Positions 38,347 to 51,203 of a DNA stretch of 64,000 nucleotides are shown here, in pieces (the first letter of the stretch is position 1; each line of letters begins with the position of its first letter). A program made the translations under genes and the position numbers. A model generated the notes under the pieces. It saw nothing but the letters and a program-made list of their open reading frames with translations, did not search any database and had not been told where the DNA came from. The stretch spans positions 26,694 to 90,693 of the forward strand of contig CAXHJY010000052.1 of assembly GCA_964016885.1 (NCBI GenBank). Reading direction: 5' to 3'. Source of the stretch: Eledone cirrhosa. Lineage: Eukaryota.

Positions 38347-38541
38347 TGTATGTATATTATATTTGGCAATATACCGTATGAGGAAAACCAACAGTGTGAA
38401 ACAGAATCTGTCAGCTTCTCTCCCTTCTTTGCCGAAAAACGAAGTGACATAGTCACTACTTTAAAATGATAGCACAAGGTCTTCAAAATGTTTTTAATTA
38501 AACATACAGTATATTGCCAAATATACTATACATACATTCAT
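38341..38541. repeat. ~40-bp inverted repeat pair; right arm recurs at ~59500-59580
   Basis: tatgaatgtatgtatattatatttggcaatataccgtatg versus catacagtatattgccaaatatactatacatacattcat. Confidence 0.7.
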
Positions 38542-38811
38542 TTATACATCGCTATTTCAGAGCACCAATCCTAATATATATATATATATATAGGAAAAAG
38601 TATGACCCCGACGGCAGAGCTGAAGCCGTTTCCTATTTCCCACTCTACTACCCTAAGTACTGAGTACTTTGGTGCGTTATGGTCCATCTGGTTCCTTACC
38701 ACATTTCCTTTGTTATATACATATATATATATATACACTGAAGTAAAAGTTAAGTGGAAATATCCAAGAACACTCAGTCTATAGGACGAGTTTAGTATAA
38801 ATAATTACAAA

Positions 38812-38973
38812 AGTGACATAAACAGGTACTCAAGTTTCGTTGGGTTCTGGGCCCCTATTCATTCAGACTGTCATGAGAAAAATAAAAACAAAGATATTTT
38901 TATTTTTCTCATAACAGGCTGAATGAATAGGGGCCCAGAACCCAACGAAACTTGAGTACCTGTTTATGTCACT
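38812..38973. repeat. Near-perfect palindrome (~75-bp arms) with outward-facing hammerhead-like motifs
   Basis: Right arm AACAGG-CTGAATGA-...-GAAAC-TTGA-GT-A-CCTGTT (core has a 1-nt insertion; stem II weak). Confidence 0.85.
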
Positions 38974-38977
38974 GTTT

Positions 38978-39160
38978 ATTGCAGTATCGGTAGAGGGTCG
39001 AGCGCCATGCTTTGAAGCATAGAGTTACCTCCCTTTATGATCTGAGTTCAAATCCTGCCGAGGTTAACTTTGCCTTTCATCCTTACGGGGTCGATAAAAT
39101 AAAGTACCAGTAATGCACTGGGATAATTGCTGGCCTGGTGCCAAAAGTAGAAACAATTAT
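38978..39160 (+). mobile_element. SINE family A
   Basis: Consensus match, slightly 5'-truncated. Confidence 0.9.
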
Positions 39161-39394
39161 TTAATAATCATTTATATATATATATATATATATGTGTGTA
39201 TAGAACATCTTATACAAAATCACTGAGGGATAGATTACTGTAGAAACATCTTTCCTTAGGGATCAAAAATTATCCTTACTGCAGTTTCAAAATCCAAAGA
39301 ATAATGGATAACCCTTCAATAGATAAATATGGCTATCGTTAACAGAATCGATTTCTCTTCAGAGGATTTTTCTGTCAGGTATAAGAAAATAAAA

Positions 39395-39444
39395 AATGAA
39401 CACAATTCTGTTAACATATATATGTTAACAGAATTGTGTTCATT
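39395..39444. repeat. Perfect ~50-bp palindrome centred on (AT)n
   Basis: aatgaacacaattctgttaacatatatatgttaacagaattgtgttcatt. Confidence 0.9.
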
Positions 39445-39794
39445 CTTCATTGAACCTGCGTGGTGTAAGGAATTAATTCTGCAGGCATGCGTAGCTATAT
39501 CGAAAAGGTAAATATTCGTATACACGGACAAAATGTTGAGTCCAAACAGCTAATAGAAATAGCAGTCAATATAGACTGTCTATCAGCTCACCATTATAGC
39601 AAGCAGTAAATTATACATAAATAAATTTGTCAGTATATAGTACAGTAAATGTCATTGATATACGATAGGGATAGTTTCAACCAATTATGTATTTATTCCT
39701 TTCAATTGTATATATAGTCTTGTTGACAAAGCTAGAAATGTCATACTTTATTCTGATTTCATACAGTATAGCTGAAACTGAAAGAAGAAGTTTA

Positions 39795-41165
39795 TGCTGC
39801 ATGTATGATAAGTGTCATAATTTATGGGAATGAACCATGAACGTGGAGCAGCAGAAATGGCTGCAAAATACAAAAATATGAATGGTCAGGTAGATTGCTG
39901 AGAGAGAGAGGGAAAATAACATTGAATTATATAGGATGGTAGGAGTAGAATCAGTGTGTTGAATATTAGGCTAAGTGGAAAGAGGTGGTTAGGTCATGTG
40001 TTGAGGAAGGATGAAAGTGACTGAGTGAGAGGAATAGAGCCATTGGTGAACGTTGTGAAGTAAAATGGAATGAGATGGTTGGGTCATGTGTTGAGGAAGG
40101 ATGAAAGTGATTGAGTGAGAGGAATAGAGCCATTGGTGAATGTTGTGAAGTAAAATGGAATGAGATGGTTGGGTCATGTGTTGAGGAAGGATGAAAGTGA
40201 CTGAGTGAGAGGAATAGAGCCATTGGTGAACGTTGTGAAGTAAAATGGAATGAGATGGTTGGGTCATGTGTTGAGGAAGGATGAAAGTGACTGAGTGAGA
40301 GGAATAGAGCCATTGGTGAACGTTGTGAAGTAAAATGGAATGAGATGGTTGGGTCATGTGTTGAGGAAGGATGAAAGTGACTGAGTGAGAGGAATAGAGC
40401 CATTGGTGAACGTTGTGAAGTAAAATGGAATGAGATGGTTGGGTCATGTGTTGAGGAAGGATGAAAGTGACTGAGTGAGAGGAATAGAGCCATTGGTGAA
40501 CGTTGTGAAGTAAAATGGAATGAGATGGTTGGGTCATGTGTTGAGGAAGGATGAAAGTGACTGAGTGAGAGGAATAGAGCCATTGGTGAACGTTGTGAAG
40601 TAAAATGGAATGAGATGGTTGGGTCATGTGTTGAGGAAGGATGAAAGTGACTGAGTGAGAGGAATAGAGCCATTGGTGAACGTTGTGAAGTAAAATGGAA
40701 TGAGATGGTTGGGTCATGTGTTGAGGAAGGATGAAAGTGACTGAGTGAGAGGGGTAGAAATAGTGATAGATATTGTGAAGAGAAATAGAATGATAGAATG
40801 AGATGGTTAGGCCCAGGTGTTGAAGAAGGATGAAAGTATTTGGATGAGAAGAATAGAGGCAGTGATAAATGATGTGCAGAGAAACTGAATGAGATGGTTG
40901 GGTCATGTGTTGAAGAAGGATGAGAGGAATAGGGGCAGTGATAAATGTTGTGAAGAGAAGTAGAATAAGATGTTTGGGTCATGTGTTAAGGAAGGATATA
41001 AAAGTGACTGAGTGAGAGGAATAGAGCCAGTGTTGATTGTTGTGAAAAGAAATTGAATGAGATGGTGAGATGACTGAGTCATGTGTTGAGGAAGGATGAA
41101 AGTGACTGAGTGAGAGAGATAGAGGCAGTGATAAATGTTGTGATGAGAAATAGAATGAGATGGTT
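39795..41165 (+). repeat. Old RTE fragment with its RWLGHVLR segment amplified as a 90-bp minisatellite (homogeneous ~39985-40750, degenerate to ~41165)
   Basis: Unit gagatggttgggtcatgtgttgaggaaggatgaaagtgactgagtgagaggaatagagccattggtgaacgttgtgaagtaaaatggaat; upstream ACMISVIIYGNE remnant resembles ACIRTAMLHGSETW. Confidence 0.88.
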
Positions 41166-41229
41166 AACCCTTTATTGTTGTTGCTGCTGTGTAGACAATA
41201 TGTTGTTTTTATTATTGTTGTTGTTGTTA

Positions 41230-41420
41230 GCGTGGTGCATTGGCAGTATCGGTAGAGGGTTCGATGCCATGCTTTGCAGCATAGAGTTACAGCCCTTTAT
41301 GATCTGAGTTCAAATACTGCCAAGATTAACTTTACCTTTCATCCTTGCAGGGTAGATAAAATAAAGTACCAGTAATGTACTGAGATAATTGCTGGCCTTG
41401 TGCCAAAAGCAGAAACAATT
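41230..41420 (+). mobile_element. SINE family A
   Basis: Consensus match. Confidence 0.88.
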
Positions 41421-41421
41421 A

Positions 41422-43905
41422 TTATTGTTGTTGTTGTTGTCATTGATGTCATTGTTGCTATCACAACTGTTGTTGTCAAGCTGCTGTTTTTATTGTTGTT
41501 GTTGTCATCGATGTCATTGTTGCTGTCACAACTGTTGTTGTCAAGCTGCTGTTTTTATTGTTGTTGTTGTTGTCATTGATGTCATTGTTGCTATCACAAC
41601 TGTTGTTGTCAAGCTGCTGTTTTTATTGTTGTTGTTGTCATTGATGTCATTGTTGCTATCACAACTGTTGTTGTCAAGCTGCTGTTTTTATTGTTGTTGT
41701 TGTCATTGATGTCATTGTTGCTATCACAACTGTTGTTGTCAAGCTGCTGTTTTTATTGTTGTTGTTGTCATTGATGTCATTGTTGCTATCACAACTGTTG
41801 TTGTCAAGCTGCTGTTTTTATTACTGTTGTTGTCATTGATGTCATTGTTGCTATCACAACTGTTGTTGTCAAGCTGCTGTTTTTATTGTTGTTGTTGTTG
41901 TCATTGATGTCATTGTTGCTATCACAACTGTTGTTGTCAAGCTGCTGCTTATATTGTTGTTGTTGTTGTCATTGATGTCATTGTTGCCGTCACAACTGTT
42001 GTTGTCAAGCTGCTGTTTTTATTGTTGTTGTTGTCATTGATGTCATTGTTGCTATCACAACTGTTGTTGTCAAGTTGCTGTTTTTATTGTTGTTGTTGTC
42101 ATTGATGTCATTGTTGCTATCACAACTGTTGTTGTCAAGCTGCTGTTTTTATTGTTGTTGTTGTCATTGATGTCATTGTTGCTGTCACAACTGTTGTTGT
42201 CAAGCTGCTGTTTTTATTGTTGTTGTTGTCATTGATGTCATTGTTGCTATCACAACTGTTGTTGTCAAGCTGCTGTTTTTATTGTTGTTGTTGTCATTGA
42301 TGTCATTGTTGCTATCACAACTGTTGTTGTCAAGCTGCTGTTTTTATTGTTGTTGTTGTCATTGATGTCATTGTTGCTATCACAACTGTTGTTGTCAAGC
42401 TGCTGTTTTTATTGTTGTTGTTGTCATTGATGTCATTGTTGCTATCACAACTGTTGTTGTCAAGCTGCTGTTTTTATTGTTGTTGTTGTTGTCATTGATG
42501 TCATTGTTGCTATCACAACTGTTGTTGTCAAGTTGCTGTTTTTATTGTTGTTGTTGTCATTGATGTCATTGTTGCTACCACAACTGTTGTTGTCAAGCTG
42601 CTGTTTTTATTGTTGTTGTTGTTGTCATTGATGTCATTGTTGCTGTCACAACTGTTGTTGTCAAGTTGCTGTTTTTATTGTTGTTGTTGTCATTGATGTC
42701 ATTGTTGCTATCACAACTGTTGTTGTCAAGCTGCTGTTTTTATTGTTGTTGTTGTTGTCATTGATGTCATTGTTGCTATCACAACTGTTGTTGTCAAGCT
42801 GCTGCTTATATTGTTGTTGTTGTTGTCATTGATGTCATTGTTGCCGTCACAACTGTTGTTGTCAAGCTGCTGTTTTTATTGTTGTTGTTGTCATTGATGT
42901 CATTGTTGCTGTCACAACTGTTGTTGTCAAGTTGCTGTTTTTATTGTTGTTGTTGTCATCGATGTCATTGTTGCCGTCACAACTGTTGTTGTCAAGTTGC
43001 TGTTTTTATTGTTGTTGTTGTCATTGATGTCATTGTTGCTATCACAACTGTTGTTGTCAAGCTGCTGTTTTTATTGTTGTTGTTGTCATTGATGTCATTG
43101 TTGCTATCACAACTGTTGTTGTCAAGCTGCTGTTTTTATTGTTGTTGTTGTTGTCATTGATGTCATTGTTGCTATCACAACTGTTGTTGTCAAGCTGCTG
43201 CTTATATTGTTGTTGTTGTTGTCATTGATGTCATTGTTGCCGTCACAACTGTTGTTGTCAAGCTGCTGTTTTTATTGTTGTTGTTGTCATTGATGTCATT
43301 GTTGCTGTCACAACTGTTGTTGTCAAGTTGCTGTTTTTATTGTTGTTGTTGTCATCGATGTCATTGTTGCCGTCACAACTGTTGTTGTCAAGTTGCTGTT
43401 TTTATTGTTGTTGTTGTCATTGATGTCATTGTTGCTATCACAACTGTTGTTGTCAAGCTGCTGTTTTTATTGTTGTTGTTGTCATTGATGTCATTGTTGC
43501 TGTCACAACTGTTGTTGTCAAGCTGCTGTTTTTATTGTTGTTGTTGTCATTGATGTCATTGTTGCTATCACAACTGTTGTTGTCAAGCTGCTGCTTATAT
43601 TGTTGTTGTTGTCATTGATGTCATTGTTGCTGTCACAACTGTTGTTGTCAAGCTGCTGTTTTTATTGTTGTTGTTGTCATTGATGTCATTGTTGCTATCA
43701 CAACTGTTGTTGTCAAGCTGCTGCTTATATTGTTGTTGTTGTCATTGATGTCATTGTTGCTATCACAACTGTTGTTGTCAAGCTGCTGTTTTTATTGTTG
43801 TTGTTGTCATTGATGTCATTGTTGCTGTCACAACTGTTGTTGTCAAGCTGCTGTTTTTATTGTTGTTGTTGTCATTGATGTCATTGTTGCTATCACAACT
43901 GTTTC
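41422..43905. repeat. 65/68-bp TTG-rich minisatellite (~38 units) starting at the SINE A tail
   Basis: Unit (ttg)4-5 tcattgatgtcattgttgctatcacaactgttgttgtcaagctgctgttttta; 396-bp higher-order duplication at 42879/43275. Confidence 0.95.
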
Positions 43906-44227
43906 TATTACTGTTGTTGTTGTTGTTGTTGTTGTTGCTGTTGTTGTCTGGTGCCTTTAAAGAGACTGACAAGGTGCTAATGATGAAAACAAAGGAAGAC
44001 AAGAAAGGGGAGACAATCAAATAAAGAAACATCCTGATTGCTTCTTTCTGGCTTCTGCAATATTGTCATTTTTAAAGTTACACCTCCAACCATTCTTCCA
44101 TTTCTTTACACAATAACAACCAGAACTTACAACTAACACACTAACACAATTGCTATTACCACCACAACCACTAACTTTAGCTTTTTTTTTACACTACCAG
44201 CCTCGAGCAGAATTAATAGAATCAGGA

Positions 44228-44250
44228 TATATATATATACACACACACAG

Positions 44251-44306
<56 letters not shown>

Positions 44307-44458
44307 AATTGTATGTATATAAACCCACATACATAATGTATGTGTAAACAAGTATTTACATATATATATAAATATATATCTATGCATATATATATATAAA
44401 TATAAATATAAATATATATGTATGTATGTATGAATGTATATATATGTATGTATGAATG

Positions 44459-44491
<33 letters not shown>

Positions 44492-44531
44492 ATATGTATG
44501 TATATATGTATGTATATATATATATATATGC

Positions 44532-44576
<45 letters not shown>

Positions 44577-44707
44577 CATGTACGTATAAATACTCATTTG
44601 CTTTAATCACCGCTATTGTCAACTGTATTCATTCTACAATGGATTCTTAATAAAGATAAAAGTATATAAATGTAAACAAAAACAAAGACATATATAATAA
44701 ATATATA

Positions 44708-44786
<79 letters not shown>

Positions 44787-44837
44787 AAATGAAAGGTATA
44801 GAAAATATTGTAGCAGAAAGCCATATATATATGTATG

Positions 44838-44875
<38 letters not shown>

Positions 44876-44880
44876 TATAC

Positions 44881-44922
<42 letters not shown>

Positions 44923-46270
44923 GTATGTATATATATATATAAATGTGTGTGTGTGTGTGTATGTATATATACATATATATATGTGTGTGTGTGTGTATAT
45001 GTATATATAGTGCGTCAGGGAACGGAAAAGCAAAAATAAGATGGAGTATGGTACAAATTGCGAAAATTAGTTTAACGCACTTATATATATGTATGTATAG
45101 TTTAACGCACTTATATATATTTGTGTATTTGTGCGTACACACAACATACACTAAGGCAGGGGGAGACAATGACACACATACAGATACGTAGATATACGTA
45201 GACATACACCACACTTACACATATCATACTCTGCCATTCACATACCACATACACATACCACATGCACACACCACAAGCATACACCACATACACCTACACA
45301 CACCACATACACCTACACACACCACATACACCTACACAAACACCACATACACATACACACACCACATATGCACACCACATGCACATACACACACCACATA
45401 CACCTACACACACACCACATACACATACACACACCACATATGCACACCACATACACCTACACACACCACATACACCTACATACACACCACATACACACAC
45501 ACACACCACATACACCTACATACACACCACATACACACACACACACCACATAGACCTACACAAACACCACACACCACATACACCTACACACACCACATAC
45601 ACCTACACACACCACATACACATACACACACCACATACACCTACATACACACCACATACACACACGCCACATACACCTACACAAACACTACACACCACAT
45701 ACACACACCACATATGCACACCACATACACATACACACACCACATACACCTACACATACACCACATACACATACACACACCACATACACACACCACATAT
45801 GCACACCACATACACCTACACACACCACATACACATACACACACCACATACAGCTACACACACACGACATACACATACACACACTACATACACACACACA
45901 CCACATACACCTACACTCACCACACACATAAACATACCACATACAAAACCACATACACCTACACACACCACATACACATACACACACCACACACACACAC
46001 ACCACACACACACACACCATATATACACACACACACACCACATACACATACACGCAACACATACACATATACAGACATATACAGACATACATACCCTGCC
46101 ATTCACACACCACACCCCACATACACACACTACATACACACACACACCACATACACATACATACACACACACACGCACATGCCACATACATATATACACA
46201 CATATACACACACACACACCACACACACACATATACACATATACACACCCTGCCATTCACACAACACACT
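44228..46270. repeat. Compound AT/ATGT microsatellites followed by a CACAC/CCACAT-rich tract
   Basis: Direct inspection. Confidence 0.85.
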
Positions 46271-46588
46271 CACAAATAAATACATTATGTTAAAAGTAAA
46301 TGAATAACACAATTTGGTAAAGAAACCTCTAACAATTTGTTTTATTTAGATTTGTGACAAACTCTACAATAGGATGAAATTGTATATTGTCTCTGTGTAA
46401 AGATACTGCTACAAACACAGATACATACATTTTCACTGATTACACACGCTTTCATACAATATAAATAAATCTATAGTATTATATATTGTCGTACCATATA
46501 TATATATAAAGAGAGAGAGATATGAATGTGTATCCATTCATGTAAATATATATATATGTATGTATTTATATATATTGTATGATATGGT

Positions 46589-46646
<58 letters not shown>

Positions 46647-46845
46647 GTAGATAAATCTACCAAGAGTTTACGGTAGTGTCCAATCCGTATGAAGAACTCA
46701 ATGTAATCCGGATATCATGGAAGAAGAGATGCAATGAAAAATCACTTTCGGTGAAAGATAAACGGAATACAGAGTCAAGATAAAATATTAAAAAAATAAT
46801 GAATAAAACAATGAAACAGTTCCTTATATTAAACAAAAAAAGTTC

Positions 46846-46994
46846 ATTATTTAACGATCGTTTCTAGGATATATATGTGTTAGAATTGGCATGCATATTC
46901 AACAGATCTATGTACAAAATTATACAAAATTATACAAACTATCAAAATTAAATATACATACCAAACACATATATATGCCGTCTTCAGAAATAAT
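46846..46994 (-). ncRNA. Possible hammerhead-like motif with a very long stem II region
   Basis: Minus strand ATTATTT-CTGAAGA-(~115 nt)-GAAA-CGATCG-T-T-AAATAAT; 7-bp helix I and palindromic helix III, but the base of stem II is unclear. Confidence 0.4.
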
Positions 46995-47006
46995 AATATA
47001 ATAATA

Positions 47007-47053
<47 letters not shown>

Positions 47054-47805
47054 TAAATATATATATATATAAATATAAATTCAGCGAGAATTGCATCTCG
47101 GTGAGTAGAAAAAGCGAAACGAAACGCAAAATCAGAGTTATGCTGTCAAGCACTCAATAGTTAAAAAAACCAGAGCTAAACAATATGTTAAAATGCCATA
47201 CAAACTGAAAAAGTGGTCAAGAAGGCATTAACCACCTAAGCTAAAAGACAAATCAAGCTAAACAGGCCAAACAAAATAAATGATAAAAACAGACCTGGGT
47301 TTCTATGACACCTAAATCAATAATACTGTCTGCTTAAATCTATAAGCTTTTGGTATAATGATCGAACAAGGAATATCACGTTATCAACAGGTATTTTGCT
47401 CTGCACCAACTTTGTGAATGACGTACAGCCTTGTAAAAGCACATGTGTAACTCACAAGGGGAAAAACCCCAGATTTTGGCAAATGAATTCAGTATGTGTA
47501 AATCATGCAAAAAATTGCATAAATAGCACAAATCGAATAAGCACTCAACCGGGTAGTTTTTAAAATAAAATTATGCAATTAATCTGTCAATAGAATTATT
47601 AACAGGTTAATTATAAGACTATATATATATGTATGTATGTATGTATGTATTTCTATATATTGTATGGTATGGTGACACATATATATATATATATGTATGT
47701 ATTTCTATATATTGTATGGTATGGGGACATATATATATATATATAGATATAGATATATATGTATGTATGTATTTATGTGTATTGTATGGTATGGTGACAT
47801 ATGGT

Positions 47806-48237
47806 ATTGGTAAATGTATTTTGAGTAAAATGCCCTTTTTCAAAGATGAGCCAATAGAATCAAGGTGAAAAAAAAACAAGCCCACATAATCAATATAAAT
47901 GACCATATCTGGAGATATAAGAAGCATAAAATTCAAGGAAACTAGGGCAGAAAAAAGGACATTAAAGGGTGGTGATGATGATGTTGTTGATATATTTATA
48001 TATGTCACCATAGGATACAATATATATATAAATATATATATATATATAAATATATGTCACCATACGATACAATATATATAAACATATATATATATGTCAC
48101 CATACAATACCATACAATATACATAAATACATACATATATATGTCACCATACCATACAATATATAGAAATACATACATACATACATATATATTTATATAT
48201 ATATATATATGTCACCATACCATACAATATATAGAAA

Positions 48238-48271
<34 letters not shown>

Positions 48272-48686
48272 TTGTATGGTATGGTGACATATATATATAT
48301 AAATATATGTATGTATTTATGTATATTGTATGGTATGGTATGGTGACATATATATATATATATATATATGTATATGGTATTGTATGGTGACATATATATA
48401 TGTTTATATATATTGTATCGTATGGTGACATAAATTTATATATATATATATTTATATATATATTGTATCCTATGGTGACATATATAAATATATCAACAAC
48501 ATCATCATCACCAACCTTTAATGTCCTTTTTTCTGCCCTTGTTTCTTTCTCAGCCCTTGAATTTTATGCTTCTTATATCTCCAGATATGTTCATTTATAT
48601 TGATTATGTGGGCTTGTTCTTTTTTCACCTTGATTCTATTGGCTCATCTTTGAAAAGGGACATTTTACTCAAAATACATATACCAA
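47806..48686. repeat. Large imperfect palindrome (~880 bp): unique ~200-bp outer arms, GTATG/CATAC microsatellite inner arms
   Basis: 47806-48020 is the reverse complement of ~48460-48686 (caaagatgagccaatagaatcaaggtg / caccttgattctattggctcatctttg). Confidence 0.9.
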
Positions 48687-48793
48687 TTAAAGATATCTAA
48701 TGTAACATATAAATAACTAGTTATTGAAGATATTTATTACTTGAGGTGATCTCTATTCATCTGGCCTTCTACTATAACAAATTATATAGTATA

Positions 48794-49398
48794 CTAGACC
48801 ACCCATGACCCGTTGGGTCACGTTTACTTCAAAATATTTTTTTTAAATCATGTTCACTTAAAAATAATTTTTAAATAATTAAAATATACACAAACAAGTA
48901 TATAATGTGAAATGAAAGTGGAAGGGCCATATATATACGTGTGTGTATGTATAGATATATAAATGTGTGTGTGTGTACACATATATATATGGATATATGT
49001 GTGTGTGTGTGTGTATATATATGTGTGTGTGTGTGTGTATATATATATGTGGGTGTCTGTGATCTATATACACTGGTCGTAGACACACACATATATATAT
49101 ATATATATACACGCACACTCACATATATATACACAACAACACCACCAGCTCTCTTCCATTCTCCTTCTCTGTCTCCTCTCCCTCTCTCTATGTCTCTCTT
49201 TCTCTCTCTCTGTTTTTTGAAGGTACCCGGAAAAACCCCATATCTCGGGAATCCATGGTCCAATTTACGCGAAACTTGTTTTATTCCATTTGTATTCCCA
49301 TTTCAGGGGCAACTTCCTTTCATAGTATTTTCCCATTATGCACCCTTTTGGCTGTATCACATTACAGGCATGCAAGCAATTGCAGAATTTTAGTATTA
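48794..49398 (-). mobile_element. Non-autonomous Helitron-like element, copy 3, both ends present
   Basis: Minus strand 5' tataatactaaaattctgc; 3' hairpin cgtgaccc-aac-gggtcatg, 6 nt, then CTAG|T. Confidence 0.75.
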
Positions 49399-49789
49399 TA
49401 TATATGTCTGTGTGCATATGTGTGTATGTGATTTGGAGCTGTGTGGTTTAATGATAATGTATGTTTGGCTCACAATGATATGGTTGATTTTGATTTCTGG
49501 TAGCACATTGTATTCTTGAGCAAGACACATTCCTTCACCTGGTTCCAAATGGAGAAGAAGAATTATTATACCTGTAATTAACTCTTTATTGACTGCATTT
49601 CTAATGAAATGCACTCTATTTTAATTAATTAATTAAGAATTTTGAGGGATTTACTAAAATTATTAACTATTTCATTAGTAAGATAGTAAATTAATGTAGA
49701 GTTCTTGGAAGATTTCAATTTAAATTGGAAACATTTAAAATGAGTGATTTTATTTCATGGAACTAGAGCTGGTTTTGGCCCGGTTGGTA

Positions 49790-49890
49790 ACAATGGGTAG
49801 TGTCTGGTTGGCTGACCTTGTCTTGCTCATACAGGAACTGATTCTGGCTTGATTTCTACAGCTGGATGCCCTTCCTAACACCAACCTGGG
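49790..49890 (-). mobile_element. RTE 3' UTR fragment
   Basis: Matches 55922-56012. Confidence 0.75.
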
Positions 49891-49924
49891 TGCAAAAATT
49901 TTGATTTTTATACAATTGGTGTTT

Positions 49925-50120
49925 TGTGTGGCTTAGTGGTTACAGAACTGTATTTGCAATCTTACTATTACGAGTTCTATTCCTGGACCAGATGATACGT
50001 TATGTACTTAAGTTAAACACTTTATTTCATGTTGCTCTTTCTGCCAGATGGTGAAACTAGTAGATAGTATCAACACTGGAAAGACCAATGGAAACATTGT
50101 TTCCTTGGTTCAATTTGACA
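49925..50120 (+). mobile_element. tRNA/CORE-like SINE variant, also at 12920-13090
   Basis: tggcttagtggtta head; shared tagatagtat...tggaaagaccaatggaaacattgtttcct. Confidence 0.7.
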
Positions 50121-50153
50121 ATCTCTACCCCACTCAGTATATTATTAGGTTTA

Positions 50154-50339
50154 AGGGTGGTGGATTGGCAGTATCGGTAGAGGGTCGGACGCCATGCTTT
50201 CCAGCATTGTTACGTCCCTTTGTGGTCTGAGTTCAAATCCCGCCGAGGTTAACTTTGCCTTTCATCCTTACGGGGTCGATAAAATAAAGTACCAGTAATG
50301 CACTGGGTAATTGCTGGCCTTGTGCCTAAAGTAGAAACA
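50154..50339 (+). mobile_element. SINE family A with 13-bp target-site duplication
   Basis: TSD attattaggttta at 50141-50153 and 50340-50352. Confidence 0.95.
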
Positions 50340-50364
50340 ATTATTAGGTTTACGCTTGACATAG

Positions 50365-50525
50365 TTGGAAAAGAGTCTTCACGTTTTAGACACCAGTCCT
50401 TCATCAGAAAATAGAATGAGAGGTAGAAGAAATATAAATATAGGGGAGACTGGGCAGTGGCAGAAATAAAAAGAAGTTTCTCAAAAAATAACAGGTCTAT
50501 TCACATCCAACATCTCTTGGAAAAC
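50365..50525 (-). mobile_element. Penelope-like pLTR remnant with decayed hammerhead (50376-50411)
   Basis: Homologous to 61790-61940; CTGATGA-AGGAC is present but GAAA is mutated. Confidence 0.55.
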
Positions 50526-50551
50526 TGTTACTGCCGCCATTCTTGTGTATT

Positions 50552-50650
50552 CGAGGTTAACTTTGCCTTTCATCCTTACGGGGTCGATAAAATAAAGTAC
50601 CAGTAATGTACTGGGTAATTGCTGGCCTTGTGCCAAAAGTAGAAACAATT
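50552..50650 (+). mobile_element. SINE family A, 5'-truncated
   Basis: 3' half only. Confidence 0.9.
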
Positions 50651-50845
50651 ATATTATTTATCTATGTTTATATATGGAACAAAAAGCACTACCTAAGGTA
50701 TCAAGGTTCAAATATGACTAGGCTGCAAATTTGATCTCTCTTCCACTCTGCACCACTGAACATAATCTGTGGAGATGGTCAGAATTGGACCTTGAAATTT
50801 TAAGTAGTGCTTTTTTGGTATGTGTATGAATATACATAAATAATG

Positions 50846-51060
50846 ATTTCTTATTTAGGCACAAAGCCAGCAATTTTGGGGGAGGGGAAAGTCGATTAAA
50901 TCGACCCAGGTTCATTACTGGTGCTTTATTTTATCGACCCCGTAAGAATGAAAGGCAAAGCTAACCTCAGCGAGATTTGAACTCAGATCATAAAGGGCCG
51001 TAACTCTATGCTGCAAAGCAAGGCGTCCGACCCTCTACCGATACTGCCAATCCGCTGCCC
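50846..51060 (-). mobile_element. SINE family A, long variant, with TSD
   Basis: Flanking aatat(a/t)cataaataatg duplicated. Confidence 0.92.
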
Positions 51061-51203
51061 TAATATTCATAAATAATGTAATATATCAGCTCTCTGACCA
51101 TATTGAGAACTGTTTTCCTTTTTCAAGTCCACTGATTCTTTTTACTACATATACACATACATGTACCTACCTACATACATGCATATATATATATATATAT
51201 ATA

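Noticed and set aside
47370-47470. Helitron helicase C-terminal remnant on the minus strand (VF..GEL..AFTR-like, DNVIF)
   Set aside because: Needs several frameshifts within ~60 nt; cannot be supported without a search.
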